This document shows positions 9,381 through 18,965 of a DNA stretch of 64,000 bases, piece by piece. The notes under the pieces are model-generated. The model was not told where the DNA came from. It saw nothing but the letters and a program-made list of their open reading frames with translations, and did no database searches. The stretch's first letter is position 1; the number at the start of each line of letters is the position of its first letter. The position numbers were made by a program, and so were the translations under genes. Source of the stretch: Vulcanimicrobiota bacterium (GTDB taxonomy: Bacteria > Vulcanimicrobiota > Vulcanimicrobiia > Vulcanimicrobiales > Vulcanimicrobiaceae); the NCBI GenBank assembly GCA_963733295.1, contig CAVTCS010000003.1, positions 1,888,001 to 1,952,000 on the forward strand, given 5' to 3'.

Positions 9381-11993
9381 ATGCTTCGCGCAATCTGCAT
9401 TGCAGTAGCGCTGGCCTTGCTTTCCAACGGATTCTGCGGCAATCCGGCCCTGGCCGCCACGACTGCCTCATTCAGCGCGCAGGACGAGCCGCTGCGCAAC
9501 GTCTTGCCACGGCTGGCCAAGGTGTACCACGCGAATCTCTCGATTCCGGCCGATGCGCGTGGCGTCGTGAGCGTTTCGCTTTCGGACGCCACGCTCGATC
9601 AAGCGCTTTCGGCGGTTCTCTCGCCGCTCGGCTACCGTTACCGGCGCGATAACGGCGTCATCGTCATCTACCGCGAGGGCCCCGCGCAGAACGGCTCGGG
9701 GGAACTGTCCCCGAACGTCATCTCCGTGACGCTCATTCCGGTCGACCGCGCCGTGTCGATCGTCCACACGTTGTACCCGAACGTCAGCGTTCGCGCCGAC
9801 AAGAACGCGAACGCCATCATCGTGGTCGCTTCTCCCGATGACCTCGCCTCGATCCGCACCGTTCTGCAAGGGCTCGACGTCCACAACCCGACCGCACCGA
9901 GCGTCGACGCGATCACGCTACGCACCGCCAATCCCACCAAGACTGCGAGCGAACTGCGCGCTTTGTATCCGCACGCGGAATTCGAACCGGGGCCCAACCG
10001 TTCGATCATCATTCGCGCTCCCGCCAGCGACATCGCGCAGATCAAGGGACTCGTCGCGTCGCTCGACGCGCCACCGCCCGCCGCGCTGACTCCACCCTCC
10101 GCCAGCGAGGCGGTGACGATCACGCGCGCTCGTCCGCAAGACGTGGCGCATGCGGTCTCGCGGGAAGTTCCGCAAGTGCGCGCCGACGTTTCGGGATCGA
10201 CCGTGATTCTCACCGGTCCGCCGGACGCCATCGCGCGCGCGAAGGGACTCATCGCGCAGATCGACGTGACGCCTCCGGGCACTCGCGTAACCGATGTCTA
10301 TCGCGTTCACACGCTCGATGCGACCTCGGTCGCGGACCTCCTCACGCGCTCGTTTCCATACGTTCAGGTGGTCGTCGATCACGACCTCAACGCCATCTCG
10401 GTAACCGCGACCGGTGCCGAGCAGCAGCGCATCGCCGATGCCCTCAAGCAACTCGACCAGACCGAGCAACAGGGCGGCTTGCAGCAGACGGGACCGATCG
10501 TAGCCGGCCCCGCGGGCACCGGCTTCGAGGTCGTCACGCTGAAATCGGCGATCCCGAGTCAAGGTCAGGGCGGCGGAACCGCGACCGACGCATCGACCGC
10601 GGTCATCACGACGCTGCAACAACTGGTTCCGAGCGTGAGGGTGAGTCCACTCAGCACGCCGGGACAGATCGCGCTCATCGGCGACCCCGTGAGCCTGCGG
10701 CTCGCCAAGGAGTATTTGGCGAAGCTGGACGTACCGGCTCCGCTCGTCGTTCTCGATACCGAAGTCGTCGAAATCGACGAAACGATCGCGAACAACGTCG
10801 GACTTCAATTGAATCCACCCGCGATCTCGTCGACCTTCACCGAGGCAGGCTCGTTCGCGAACGTCTTCAATCAGCCGACGGAAAACATCGGCATTCAACC
10901 GTTGACGCGAACGCCCCTAAGTTTCACCGCGATCCTCAACCTTCAGATCCAAAAGGGCAACGCGCACGTCCTCGCCGATCCGCGCATCACGACGATTTCC
11001 GGGAGAACCGCGACGATTCGCGCCGGCGACACGCTCAACATCCTGACCACGACCGGCGGCGGCGCGGGCACGATCGCGACGACCCAGCTTCAGTCCTTTC
11101 AAACCGGCGTCACGCTCGACATTACGCCACTGGTTACGCCCGACGACGACGTCACCGTTTCGCTCCACCCGGTCGTCAACAGTCTCTCCGGCGTTGCGAA
11201 CGGCATCCCCCAAATCTCGACTCGTGACACGCAGACCGTCGTGCACCTCAAGAACAATCAGACGCTCGTCATCGGCGGCCTGATCGAGGAGAGCACGCAG
11301 AACACGATCAACAAGCTGCCCGTACTTTCCAACATCCCGGTCATCGGGGGCCTGTTCTCGAACAAGCAAACGAACACGACGCGCAACGAACTGATCATCG
11401 TCGTGACGCCGCACGTCATCACCGAGGCCGACGTCGAGTCGCACTCGATGGGCCCCGGAGCGAAGCTGCCGGCGGTCCCCGTGCCGGGAGCGCTCCCCTC
11501 GCTGCCGCCCAATGCCAAGCTGCCCCCGCCGTCCGGGCAACTCCCAGCTTCGCAGCAACTGCCGCAACCGCAGACGAACGCTGCGCCGGCGCAGCCGCGG
11601 CAAGCGCCCGCTCAACCCCAACCGGCGGCGAGTCCGGGCATCGCTCGAGTCGGCGGACTGGTCGTCTACGGCAAGCGGCCGGACAACAACATTGCTGGTC
11701 CGAGCGATCCTCCGGCGATTTTCTACGCGGCGCTCGGTCCCTCGACCGTGATCGATCGAACCAACGTCTCGATCACCGCGATCACGACGACGAACGTCAC
11801 GAACCTCACCGCGTCGTACGGAACGCAGTCCATCAGCATGGGCCAAATCCGGCCCGGCGAATGGCAAGCGCTCTTCACCTTCTCGACATCTGCGGCTTCG
11901 GTCGGCGCCCCCCAGGTACCGGTGACGGTCACCGCCTCGCGTCAGGACGGCGCCTGGACCTCGATCACGCTGCCCCTCAACGTGGCGCACTAG
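9381..11993 (+). CDS. Outer-membrane secretin (GspD/PilQ family) with STN domain, several N repeats and C-terminal extension
   Basis: Signal peptide; repeated N-domain units; secretin core LADPRITTISGRTATIRAGD, GVTLDITP, TLVIGGLI, LPVLSNIPVIGGLF, ELIIVVTPHVI. Confidence 0.9.
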   Translation: MLRAICIAVALALLSNGFCGNPALAATTASFSAQDEPLRNVLPRLAKVYHANLSIPADARGVVSVSLSDATLDQALSAVLSPLGYRYRRDNGVIVIYREGPAQNGSGELSPNVISVTLIPVDRAVSIVHTLYPNVSVRADKNANAIIVVASPDDLASIRTVLQGLDVHNPTAPSVDAITLRTANPTKTASELRALYPHAEFEPGPNRSIIIRAPASDIAQIKGLVASLDAPPPAALTPPSASEAVTITRARPQDVAHAVSREVPQVRADVSGSTVILTGPPDAIARAKGLIAQIDVTPPGTRVTDVYRVHTLDATSVADLLTRSFPYVQVVVDHDLNAISVTATGAEQQRIADALKQLDQTEQQGGLQQTGPIVAGPAGTGFEVVTLKSAIPSQGQGGGTATDASTAVITTLQQLVPSVRVSPLSTPGQIALIGDPVSLRLAKEYLAKLDVPAPLVVLDTEVVEIDETIANNVGLQLNPPAISSTFTEAGSFANVFNQPTENIGIQPLTRTPLSFTAILNLQIQKGNAHVLADPRITTISGRTATIRAGDTLNILTTTGGGAGTIATTQLQSFQTGVTLDITPLVTPDDDVTVSLHPVVNSLSGVANGIPQISTRDTQTVVHLKNNQTLVIGGLIEESTQNTINKLPVLSNIPVIGGLFSNKQTNTTRNELIIVVTPHVITEADVESHSMGPGAKLPAVPVPGALPSLPPNAKLPPPSGQLPASQQLPQPQTNAAPAQPRQAPAQPQPAASPGIARVGGLVVYGKRPDNNIAGPSDPPAIFYAALGPSTVIDRTNVSITAITTTNVTNLTASYGTQSISMGQIRPGEWQALFTFSTSAASVGAPQVPVTVTASRQDGAWTSITLPLNVAH

Positions 11994-12053
11994 ACCACCG
12001 GCGCGGCCGCCGCGCAAGATCGTCGTGCGTGGTGGGTCGAATACTGCCACGGT

Positions 12054-13331
12054 ATGAACGACGGCAAGTTCGGAATCCTAGTCGGGGGCGGACCCGCTCC
12101 GGGCATCAACGGCGTAATCGCCGCGGCGACCATCGAGGCGATCAACAACGGCTACGACGTCGTCGGCCTGCTCGACGGCTTCCGTTGGATTACGCAAGGC
12201 GATACGCACCACACGGTTCCGCTCACCCGCGATGCGGTGCGCGGCATTCACGCGCGCGGCGGTTCCTTGCTGAAGACGGCGCGCGTGAACCCCGGCGCCG
12301 ATCCCTCGCTGGTTGCAAACGCCGTACGCGCGCTCGGCGAGCTCGGCATCAGCCGCCTGGTGTGCATCGGCGGTGACGACACCGCGTTCGGTGCCGAGAA
12401 GATCGCCGAAGCGGCCGCGGGCTCGATCCAAATCGCCTCCGTTCCGAAGACGATCGACAACGATCTGCCCTTGCAAGGCTCGACGCCGACGTTCGGTTTC
12501 GAAACGGCGCGTGCCACCGGAACGCACGAAGTCGAAGCGTTGATCGAAGATGCGCGCTCGACGGGACGCTGGTATATCGCCGTCGCGATGGGACGCACCT
12601 CGGGATCCCTCGCGCTCGGTATCTGTTCGGCGGCCTATGCCGCGCTCGCGATCATCCCCGAAGAGTTCGAACACCCCACCGTCGATTTGATCGCCGATAC
12701 GATCGCCGGCTCGATCCTCAAGCGCAGGCTTCACGGGCATGAGGACGGCGTCGCGATCGTTGGGGAAGGGCTCGTGGAGAAATTCGATGCAGCCGAGATC
12801 GCCAAACTCGAGTCGGCGCCGCGCGATTCGTTCGGGCACGCCCGTCTCGCCGACATACCGATCGGCACCGTCGTGCGCGGAGCCGTCGAGCAGCGGCTCA
12901 AAGAATTCGGCCTCAGCGTCGGGTTCGTTCTCAAGGACATCGGTTACGAACTGCGCTGCGCTCCGCCCACCCCATTCGACATCGAGTACACGCGAGCGCT
13001 CGGCTCGGGGGCGGTTCGCTACTTGCTCGATGGCGGCTCCGGCGCGCTGATCACGCTGAAAGAAAACCGCGTCGAGCCACTTTCGCTCCACGATTTGCTC
13101 GACCCGGAGACCGGGCGCATTCGCATTCGCCGCGTCGACACCAACAGCGACGTCTATCAAACGGCGAGGCGCTTCATGACGCGACTCGAACGAACCGACC
13201 TCGAATCGCCGGCCGTCGAAAAACTCGCGGCCATCGCGGGGCTCGATCCGCAAGCGTTCGCGCGCCGGTTCGCGAGCGTCGTCGAACAAACGGCACCGCT
13301 AAGGGTACGGCTCACTTCCCGCGTTAGCTGA
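12054..13331 (+). CDS. pfp: Pyrophosphate-dependent 6-phosphofructokinase
   Basis: GGGPAPG, GGDDT (Asp typical of PPi-dependent PFK), PKTIDND, MGR, GYELRC. Confidence 0.85.
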   Translation: MNDGKFGILVGGGPAPGINGVIAAATIEAINNGYDVVGLLDGFRWITQGDTHHTVPLTRDAVRGIHARGGSLLKTARVNPGADPSLVANAVRALGELGISRLVCIGGDDTAFGAEKIAEAAAGSIQIASVPKTIDNDLPLQGSTPTFGFETARATGTHEVEALIEDARSTGRWYIAVAMGRTSGSLALGICSAAYAALAIIPEEFEHPTVDLIADTIAGSILKRRLHGHEDGVAIVGEGLVEKFDAAEIAKLESAPRDSFGHARLADIPIGTVVRGAVEQRLKEFGLSVGFVLKDIGYELRCAPPTPFDIEYTRALGSGAVRYLLDGGSGALITLKENRVEPLSLHDLLDPETGRIRIRRVDTNSDVYQTARRFMTRLERTDLESPAVEKLAAIAGLDPQAFARRFASVVEQTAPLRVRLTSRVS

Positions 13332-13387
13332 AGAGCGGCGTCGCTTGCCTGCTTGATGAACCGGCGCACGTTCGCTTCGCGCCGGCC

Positions 13388-13403
13388 TGTGCGCTACTGC
13401 ACT
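13388..13403. promoter_or_regulatory. Palindromic TGTGC-N6-GCAC site, copy 1
   Basis: TGTGCGCTACTGCACT, 117 nt upstream of ATG 13505; the same 15-mer occurs at 13777. Confidence 0.5.
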
Positions 13404-13504
13404 GTACGCGGCGATGCCGCACCGAAACGGGGTGTCGCTTGAAAGGGACGTCGAAGCGGCAGCGACCGGCATAAGGTAACTATGCAAGCTAGGAAGCGAC
13501 CGAT

Positions 13505-13696
13505 ATGACACTCGCGCAGAGCTCCGAACTGGTCTGTCTTAGTCTTGGATCGATCCTCGTCATCTTGGGGATAGCGCTCGTGCTCTCGCGGCGCGTCTTT
13601 ACGAGGATAGAACTAACGCGGCGGGAGATGATGCTCGTGCTTCTCGGCGCCGCAGATCTCGTTTTGGCCGGATGGGTCGGCCTCCGGGTCCTCTAA
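13505..13696 (+). CDS. Small membrane protein (63 aa, two hydrophobic helices)
   Basis: AGGAAG RBS; hydrophobic; paralog at 13889. Confidence 0.55.
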   Translation: MTLAQSSELVCLSLGSILVILGIALVLSRRVFTRIELTRREMMLVLLGAADLVLAGWVGLRVL

Positions 13697-13776
13697 AAAG
13701 TCGAGCGTGATTCGGCGCACACGTGAGCGCTGTCACGGCGCACGCGCTGCGCCGAAACGCGATGCACGAAGACGAA

Positions 13777-13792
13777 TGTGCGCTACTGCACG
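13777..13792. promoter_or_regulatory. Palindromic TGTGC-N6-GCAC site, copy 2
   Basis: TGTGCGCTACTGCACG, 112 nt upstream of ATG 13889. Confidence 0.5.
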
Positions 13793-13888
13793 GATGCGTC
13801 AAACGCCCGCCAGATAAGCGGGAGCGAGTCAAAACGTCTGTCGAATTCGCCGACACACAAGGTATCTCAGTAAGCAAGGAAGCGCATC

Positions 13889-14020
13889 ATGATTCTACTC
13901 AAGAGCATCGAACTCGTCTGGTTTAGCCAAGGCGCGACGCTCATAGCTTTAGCGGTCGTACTGATGCGGCGCCGCCCATTCGTGAGAATGAGAGAGACGC
14001 GGCTGAAAGCTGCGGCTTAG
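13889..14020 (+). CDS. Small membrane protein (43 aa), paralog of 13505-13696
   Basis: Below ORF-track cutoff; MILLKSIELVWFSQGATLIALAVVLMRRRPFVRMRETRLKAAA; same AGGAAGCG RBS. Confidence 0.5.
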   Translation: MILLKSIELVWFSQGATLIALAVVLMRRRPFVRMRETRLKAAA

Positions 14021-14039
14021 CCGACGGTAGCGCGTAGCG

Positions 14040-16718
14040 CTACGGTCCGACGATAACTTTCACGAATCCTGACGGCCGCACGACCGAAGCGAACGCGTCC
14101 TTCACCGATTGCGCCGACGTTCCGATGATGGCTTGCGCGTCGAGGCGATCTTGGTCGAGCGGACGTCCGTTCTGCGCGTCGGTGAGCAGCGCCTGAGCGA
14201 TCGTCGCGAGCGCGGCTCCATCGACGATCGTCCGCCGGACGACTGCGGCCTTGGCGAGCGACAGCTCGAAATCGTCCACCGGCGTCGTTTGCATGCGCGC
14301 GATCTCAGCGTCGATCAAGCGCGAGATGCGGTCGAGGTTCCCCGGCGACGACGAGAACTCGATCGAGAACTGCGAGCGTGACTTGTCGGCCGAAAGCTCC
14401 GAATTGATCGAATACACGAGCCCCGCGTTTTGACGGATGTCGCGGAACAAGCGGCTCTGCTCGGCGCCCAGCGAGCCGCCACCGAAGATCGTGTTTCCGA
14501 GGCGCATGGCCGCGTACTGCGGCGACGAGCGGTCGAGTCCGACGAGTTCCGCTAGCGTCACTTCATCTTGGCTCAGCGACTTGGCGGTAAGGCGGACGTC
14601 GCCCGGTGGGTTCAGCGCCACCGCCGGCAGTTCGAGTGAAGGGGGGTCGCCCGAGGTCTTCCATCCGCCGAAGGCGCGCTCGAACGCACTCTTCGCCGCC
14701 TCCGGCGTGACGTTGCCGGCGACCACGATCGTGGTGAGTTCCGGGCGAAACGTCTTCGCGTAGTACGCGCGAACGTCGTCGAGCGTCACGCTCAGGATCG
14801 AGTCGGGCGTAGGCTGGCGTAAAGCCGGATCGCCCGCGGGCAGCAGCTTCTTGGCAAGCTGCAATTGAGCGACGGTTCCGGTGCTGTTGAGCGAGGTTTC
14901 CAACTCTTCGAGCGTGCGGCGACGCGCGGCTTCGAACGTCGTCGCATCGAACCGCGGCTGCAATTCGGCCTCGGCCAGCAGCGTCACCGCGCGATCGAAT
15001 GAAGCCGAGGTCGTCTGCATGCCGAAACTCAAGCCGGCACCGATCTGCGTGTCCAGATCGTCCTGCGCCCGTTGAAACGTCTGACGGTCGCGGTCTCTTG
15101 TGCCGAACGCGAACATCGCATTTAAGATGTTCGCGACGCCCTCTTTGCCGGGCGGTTCCTCGAGAACGGCGTTCGAACGTGCGATGCCGTAGGTGAGCAC
15201 CGTATCCGAAATCTCGGCGGGGCGGACGATCAGCGTGATGCCGTTGGCGAGCCGGGTCTGCGACGGGAGCGCGGCAGCCGGAGGCGCCGCGACGTTTTCG
15301 AGCAGCGAGTTTCCCCAAGCGGGCAGCTTCGTGACCGCGCCTTGCACGTCGAGCGGCTTTTCCGGGCCGCGCTGTGCGGGTGCCGGTGGAGCGTTTTGAT
15401 TTGCGTTCGACGACGGCGTCAGCGCACCGATGATGGCGTGACTGGGATCGAGATAGCGCTTTGCGGCGCGGTTCACATCGGCCAGCGTGACGCCTGCGAG
15501 CAATTCCTGCTCGCGCACGATCGACGGTTCGTCGTCGAGCGCGATCGTCGTCGCCCAGTCGTTCGCCAGGGACGATATCGAGTTGCGTCCCAACTCTTGG
15601 CTGACGATCGACTGCCGCTTCGTCGTCTCGAACAATTCCTGCGGTACCCCGTGCGCGGCGTAATCACGCACGATCGTTTCCAGACGCTTGGTCATATCGT
15701 AGGGGTTGGCGTTCGGTGCGAGGGCCGCGGTAGCGATGCCGATTTGACCTTCCGGAACGTACGGCGTCGAAATCCATTCCGCGTCGAGCGCCTGGCCGGA
15801 GTCGACGAGGGGTTGAAACGGACCGCGCGGCGAGCCGAGAATTTGCTGCAACATGTACGCCGCCAGGAAGTCCGGACTGTTGACGCCGGGGAAGCGGAAC
15901 GCGAGCGCCGCCAGCGGATACGTCAACGAAGTCGGACGGCGGATCACCTTTTGTTCGAGCGGCTCGAGATGCGCGACCGGATGCGCGGGGACCGCGCGTC
16001 GCGGAATGCCCTCGAAGTACGAGCGCACTTGGGCGAGGACGGCCTCTTTGTCGACGTTGCCCGCGATGACGAAGACGGCGTTGTTCGGGGCGTACCAGCG
16101 CTCGTAGAATTTCTTGAGATCCGGCCCGGTCAGGCGGTTGAATGCCGGGATCGTGCCGACGCCCTGACGCGCGTACGGCGTGCCCGCGAAGACGTACGCT
16201 TGCACGTCGCGGAAAAAATCGCCGCCGGGAGTGGATTCGTCGCGCAACACTTCTTGCTCGATTGCGCCGCGCTCGTTCTCCCATTGGGACTGCGCGTCGA
16301 GAATGTCGCGCATCCGGTCCGACTCGATGCGCAGGACCGCGTCGAGATTCGACGCCGGAACCGTGAATTCGAACTGCGTTATCGTGTCGGACGTCTCGGC
16401 GTTGAAGTTTCCGCCGAGCGCCGTCGCGATCGTGCCGAGCTGACTCGTGCTCAGGTTCGGCGTACCGCGGAACATCATGTGTTCCTGGGCATGCGCCATG
16501 CCTTGGAAATTCTGGGGATCGTCGCGCGAGCCCACGAGGTACGTCATGTCGGTCGAAACGACCGGCGCGAGCGTATTGCGGACGATGACGACTCGCAGAC
16601 CGTTCGACAGCGTCGCCTTGAGAACGTCGTCCACGATCGGGGACGCGGCGCGACCGGCGCCCGACAGCGACCCAATCAGGGCCACGATTGCAGCAAAACA
16701 GAGGGCTCGGAACTTCAT
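14040..16718 (-). CDS. M16 (pitrilysin) family exported zinc peptidase
   Basis: Signal peptide; TLSNGLRV; inverted zinc motif HAQEHMMFRG; duplicated two-half architecture. Confidence 0.9.
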   Translation of the reverse strand: MKFRALCFAAIVALIGSLSGAGRAASPIVDDVLKATLSNGLRVVIVRNTLAPVVSTDMTYLVGSRDDPQNFQGMAHAQEHMMFRGTPNLSTSQLGTIATALGGNFNAETSDTITQFEFTVPASNLDAVLRIESDRMRDILDAQSQWENERGAIEQEVLRDESTPGGDFFRDVQAYVFAGTPYARQGVGTIPAFNRLTGPDLKKFYERWYAPNNAVFVIAGNVDKEAVLAQVRSYFEGIPRRAVPAHPVAHLEPLEQKVIRRPTSLTYPLAALAFRFPGVNSPDFLAAYMLQQILGSPRGPFQPLVDSGQALDAEWISTPYVPEGQIGIATAALAPNANPYDMTKRLETIVRDYAAHGVPQELFETTKRQSIVSQELGRNSISSLANDWATTIALDDEPSIVREQELLAGVTLADVNRAAKRYLDPSHAIIGALTPSSNANQNAPPAPAQRGPEKPLDVQGAVTKLPAWGNSLLENVAAPPAAALPSQTRLANGITLIVRPAEISDTVLTYGIARSNAVLEEPPGKEGVANILNAMFAFGTRDRDRQTFQRAQDDLDTQIGAGLSFGMQTTSASFDRAVTLLAEAELQPRFDATTFEAARRRTLEELETSLNSTGTVAQLQLAKKLLPAGDPALRQPTPDSILSVTLDDVRAYYAKTFRPELTTIVVAGNVTPEAAKSAFERAFGGWKTSGDPPSLELPAVALNPPGDVRLTAKSLSQDEVTLAELVGLDRSSPQYAAMRLGNTIFGGGSLGAEQSRLFRDIRQNAGLVYSINSELSADKSRSQFSIEFSSSPGNLDRISRLIDAEIARMQTTPVDDFELSLAKAAVVRRTIVDGAALATIAQALLTDAQNGRPLDQDRLDAQAIIGTSAQSVKDAFASVVRPSGFVKVIVGP

Positions 16719-16751
16719 AGGTCGCCTATCGTTCGTCCGAGTCGAAAAGCC

Positions 16752-17528
16752 CTATCGGGGTTTACCGTCTGCGTGGACGGCATGCTCGCTCGCCTTCGTA
16801 CTCTTGCGAATGTCGTAACCCAGAAGACGGTCGCTCTGATCGGCAACGATTGCGTAGCATTCGCAACTAGCCGACTCCAACCCGGCCCGGTCGCGCACGG
16901 TGATCCGGCCGCGCCGGTACTCGATGAACCCGGCCCTGTCGAGCGTAGCGGCAGCCAAACTGACGCCGGGCCTCCGGACGCCGAGCATCACCGCGAGAAA
17001 CTCGTGCGTCAGCATCAACACGTCGTTCGCGACGCGGTCGTGCGCCATCAAGAGCCAGCGCGCGGCACGTTCGTTGATCGGATGCAGGCGATTGCAGCCC
17101 GAAAACTGCGCCACCGTAATCAGACTGACTTGCGCATATAGCAGCACCCGCTCCGCCAGCGCCGGGTCGTTGCGCGTGGCTTGAATGAGTGCGGCGCCGG
17201 GCATCGCCCACATGCTGCCTGGGATCTGCACCATCGCGTCGTGCGGACTCAGCGAGTCACCCAGCGCGGCGGACAAGCCGTGAAAACCGTCACGCCCGAT
17301 CAAGCTCACTTCGATGCTGGAGCCGTCGCGCATCGTCGTGACGATCGAGACGACGCTCTCGATCGGAAAGACCGCCTCGGGAACCGGGAAACCGAGGTTG
17401 GCGATCGGGTCGCCGGAGTTATTGGAGCGCTTCTCGAGATATGGACGCAGAGCGTCGAGAGAAGCCAAGGGCAATGCGTCCAGGAACGCGTTGCCGGTCA
17501 ATTCGCTCATCGGAACACGTTCGGCCAT
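16752..17528 (-). CDS. Crp/Fnr family transcriptional regulator
   Basis: cNMP-like domain; RAARWLL, LTHEFLAVMLGVRRPGVS HTH, LESASCECY; start 17528 or 17510. Confidence 0.9.
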   Translation of the reverse strand: MAERVPMSELTGNAFLDALPLASLDALRPYLEKRSNNSGDPIANLGFPVPEAVFPIESVVSIVTTMRDGSSIEVSLIGRDGFHGLSAALGDSLSPHDAMVQIPGSMWAMPGAALIQATRNDPALAERVLLYAQVSLITVAQFSGCNRLHPINERAARWLLMAHDRVANDVLMLTHEFLAVMLGVRRPGVSLAAATLDRAGFIEYRRGRITVRDRAGLESASCECYAIVADQSDRLLGYDIRKSTKASEHAVHADGKPR

Positions 17529-17606
17529 ACAAATGAACCTCAGCGCCGGTCTATAACCGGCGAGCAACGAGTTCCGTTTACGGGTAAGGCTCGAGCGGGC
17601 CTGCGC

Positions 17607-17894
17607 TTATAGGCCGAGAAGGTACTGGACCGGCGTTACTCTACCGCCGAAAAAGGCCGTCACGTCGACGTCGTACGCCTCGGCCAAGCGTTGCAGTTCG
17701 TCTTCGCTCAGCGCCGATTCCGCGTCTTCTGCTTCCGCTAAGCGTTGCGGTTCGAGCTCGGCCTTCTTGGCTGCAAACTCGATGTCGTAGCCCAGCCGGG
17801 TCCGAACCGAAATGAGCTGCTCGGCAACCTGCGCGAGAATTTCCTCCCGCTCCGGCTCCGCCAGATCGGCTTCGAAGGGTGGCTGCTGATCCAT
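17607..17894 (-). CDS. XRE/HTH_3-like helix-turn-helix protein
   Basis: L..VR..LG...AAKKAEL....L..AE.......LQRLAEAYDVDVTAFF pattern. Confidence 0.65.
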   Translation of the reverse strand: MDQQPPFEADLAEPEREEILAQVAEQLISVRTRLGYDIEFAAKKAELEPQRLAEAEDAESALSEDELQRLAEAYDVDVTAFFGGRVTPVQYLLGL

Positions 17895-17903
17895 TGACGC
17901 CTC

Positions 17904-18965
17904 CTAGAGCGTGACGGCTTCGGCGATCGCTCTGCCAACATCTTCCGTGCGCGCCGTTCCACCGATGTCGGGCGTGCGCGGGCCGCTGGCAAGAACTTTT
18001 TCGATCGCGCTCACGATGGCTTCCGCCGCATCGAGATGACCGAGATGCTCGAGCATCATCGCGCCGGACCAGATCTGTCCGATCGGATCGGCGATCCGTT
18101 TGCCCGCGATGTCGGGCGCGGAGCCGTGAACGGGCTCGAACATCGAGGGGTACTCGCGCTCCGGATTGAGGTTTGCGGACGGTGCGATGCCGATCGTTCC
18201 CGTGCAGCCGGGACCGAGGTCGGAGAGGATGTCGCCGAAGAGATTGGAGCCGACGACGACATCGAACCAGTCCGGATGCTGCACGAAGTGCGCCGTCAGG
18301 ATATCGATGTGGTACTGGTCGGTGCGCACGTCCGGATACTGCGCCGCCATCGCTTTGACGCGCTCGTCCCAATAGGGCATCGTGATTGCAATGCCGTTCG
18401 ACTTCGTCGCCGACGTCAGATGCTTCTTCGGACGCCGGTTGGCCAGCTCGTACGCATAGCGCAGGACGCGATCGACGCCGCGCCGCGTGAAGATCGTCTC
18501 TTGAATGACGATTTCGTCGTCGGTGCCCTCGTTGAAGCGGCCGCCGACCGCCGAATACTCGCCCTCGGTATTTTCGCGGACGATCCAAAAGTCGATGTCA
18601 CCCGGAGCGCGCCCCGCGAGCGGCGAGGTGATTCCCGGCATCAGCCGGACGGGCCGCAAGTTGACGTATTGCGCAAAGCGCCGACGAATCGGTATCAGGA
18701 GACCCCAAAGCGAAACGTGATCCGGAACGCCCGGAAAGCCGACCGCCCCGAGAAAGATCGCGTCGTGATTGCGGATCTGCTCGACCCCGTCCTCGGGCAT
18801 CATCGCTCCGGTGGCCGCAAAGCGTTTGCAGCTCCAATCGAAGTGCTCCCATTCGAAGCGTACGCCGCTCTTCTTGGCGGCAGCATCGACGACGCGGATT
18901 CCCTCCGGCATGACTTCCTGACCGATACCGTCGCCCGCGATCACCGCGACCTTGTAGCTTTTCAT
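17904..18965 (-). CDS. Tartrate dehydrogenase/D-malate dehydrogenase (decarboxylating)
   Basis: GDGIG, VPDHVSLWGLLIPIRR, RENTEGEY, KSNGI, NLFGDILSD, EPVHGSAPDIAG. Confidence 0.9.
   Translation of the reverse strand: MKSYKVAVIAGDGIGQEVMPEGIRVVDAAAKKSGVRFEWEHFDWSCKRFAATGAMMPEDGVEQIRNHDAIFLGAVGFPGVPDHVSLWGLLIPIRRRFAQYVNLRPVRLMPGITSPLAGRAPGDIDFWIVRENTEGEYSAVGGRFNEGTDDEIVIQETIFTRRGVDRVLRYAYELANRRPKKHLTSATKSNGIAITMPYWDERVKAMAAQYPDVRTDQYHIDILTAHFVQHPDWFDVVVGSNLFGDILSDLGPGCTGTIGIAPSANLNPEREYPSMFEPVHGSAPDIAGKRIADPIGQIWSGAMMLEHLGHLDAAEAIVSAIEKVLASGPRTPDIGGTARTEDVGRAIAEAVTL

Noticed and set aside
15342..17141. 599-aa plus-strand ORF and similar long shadow ORFs (3933-5420, 24743-26044, 34925-36277, 45769-47550, 54248-55633)
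   Set aside because: Antisense to well-supported genes, Arg/Val/Asp-rich and motif-free, as expected in high-GC DNA
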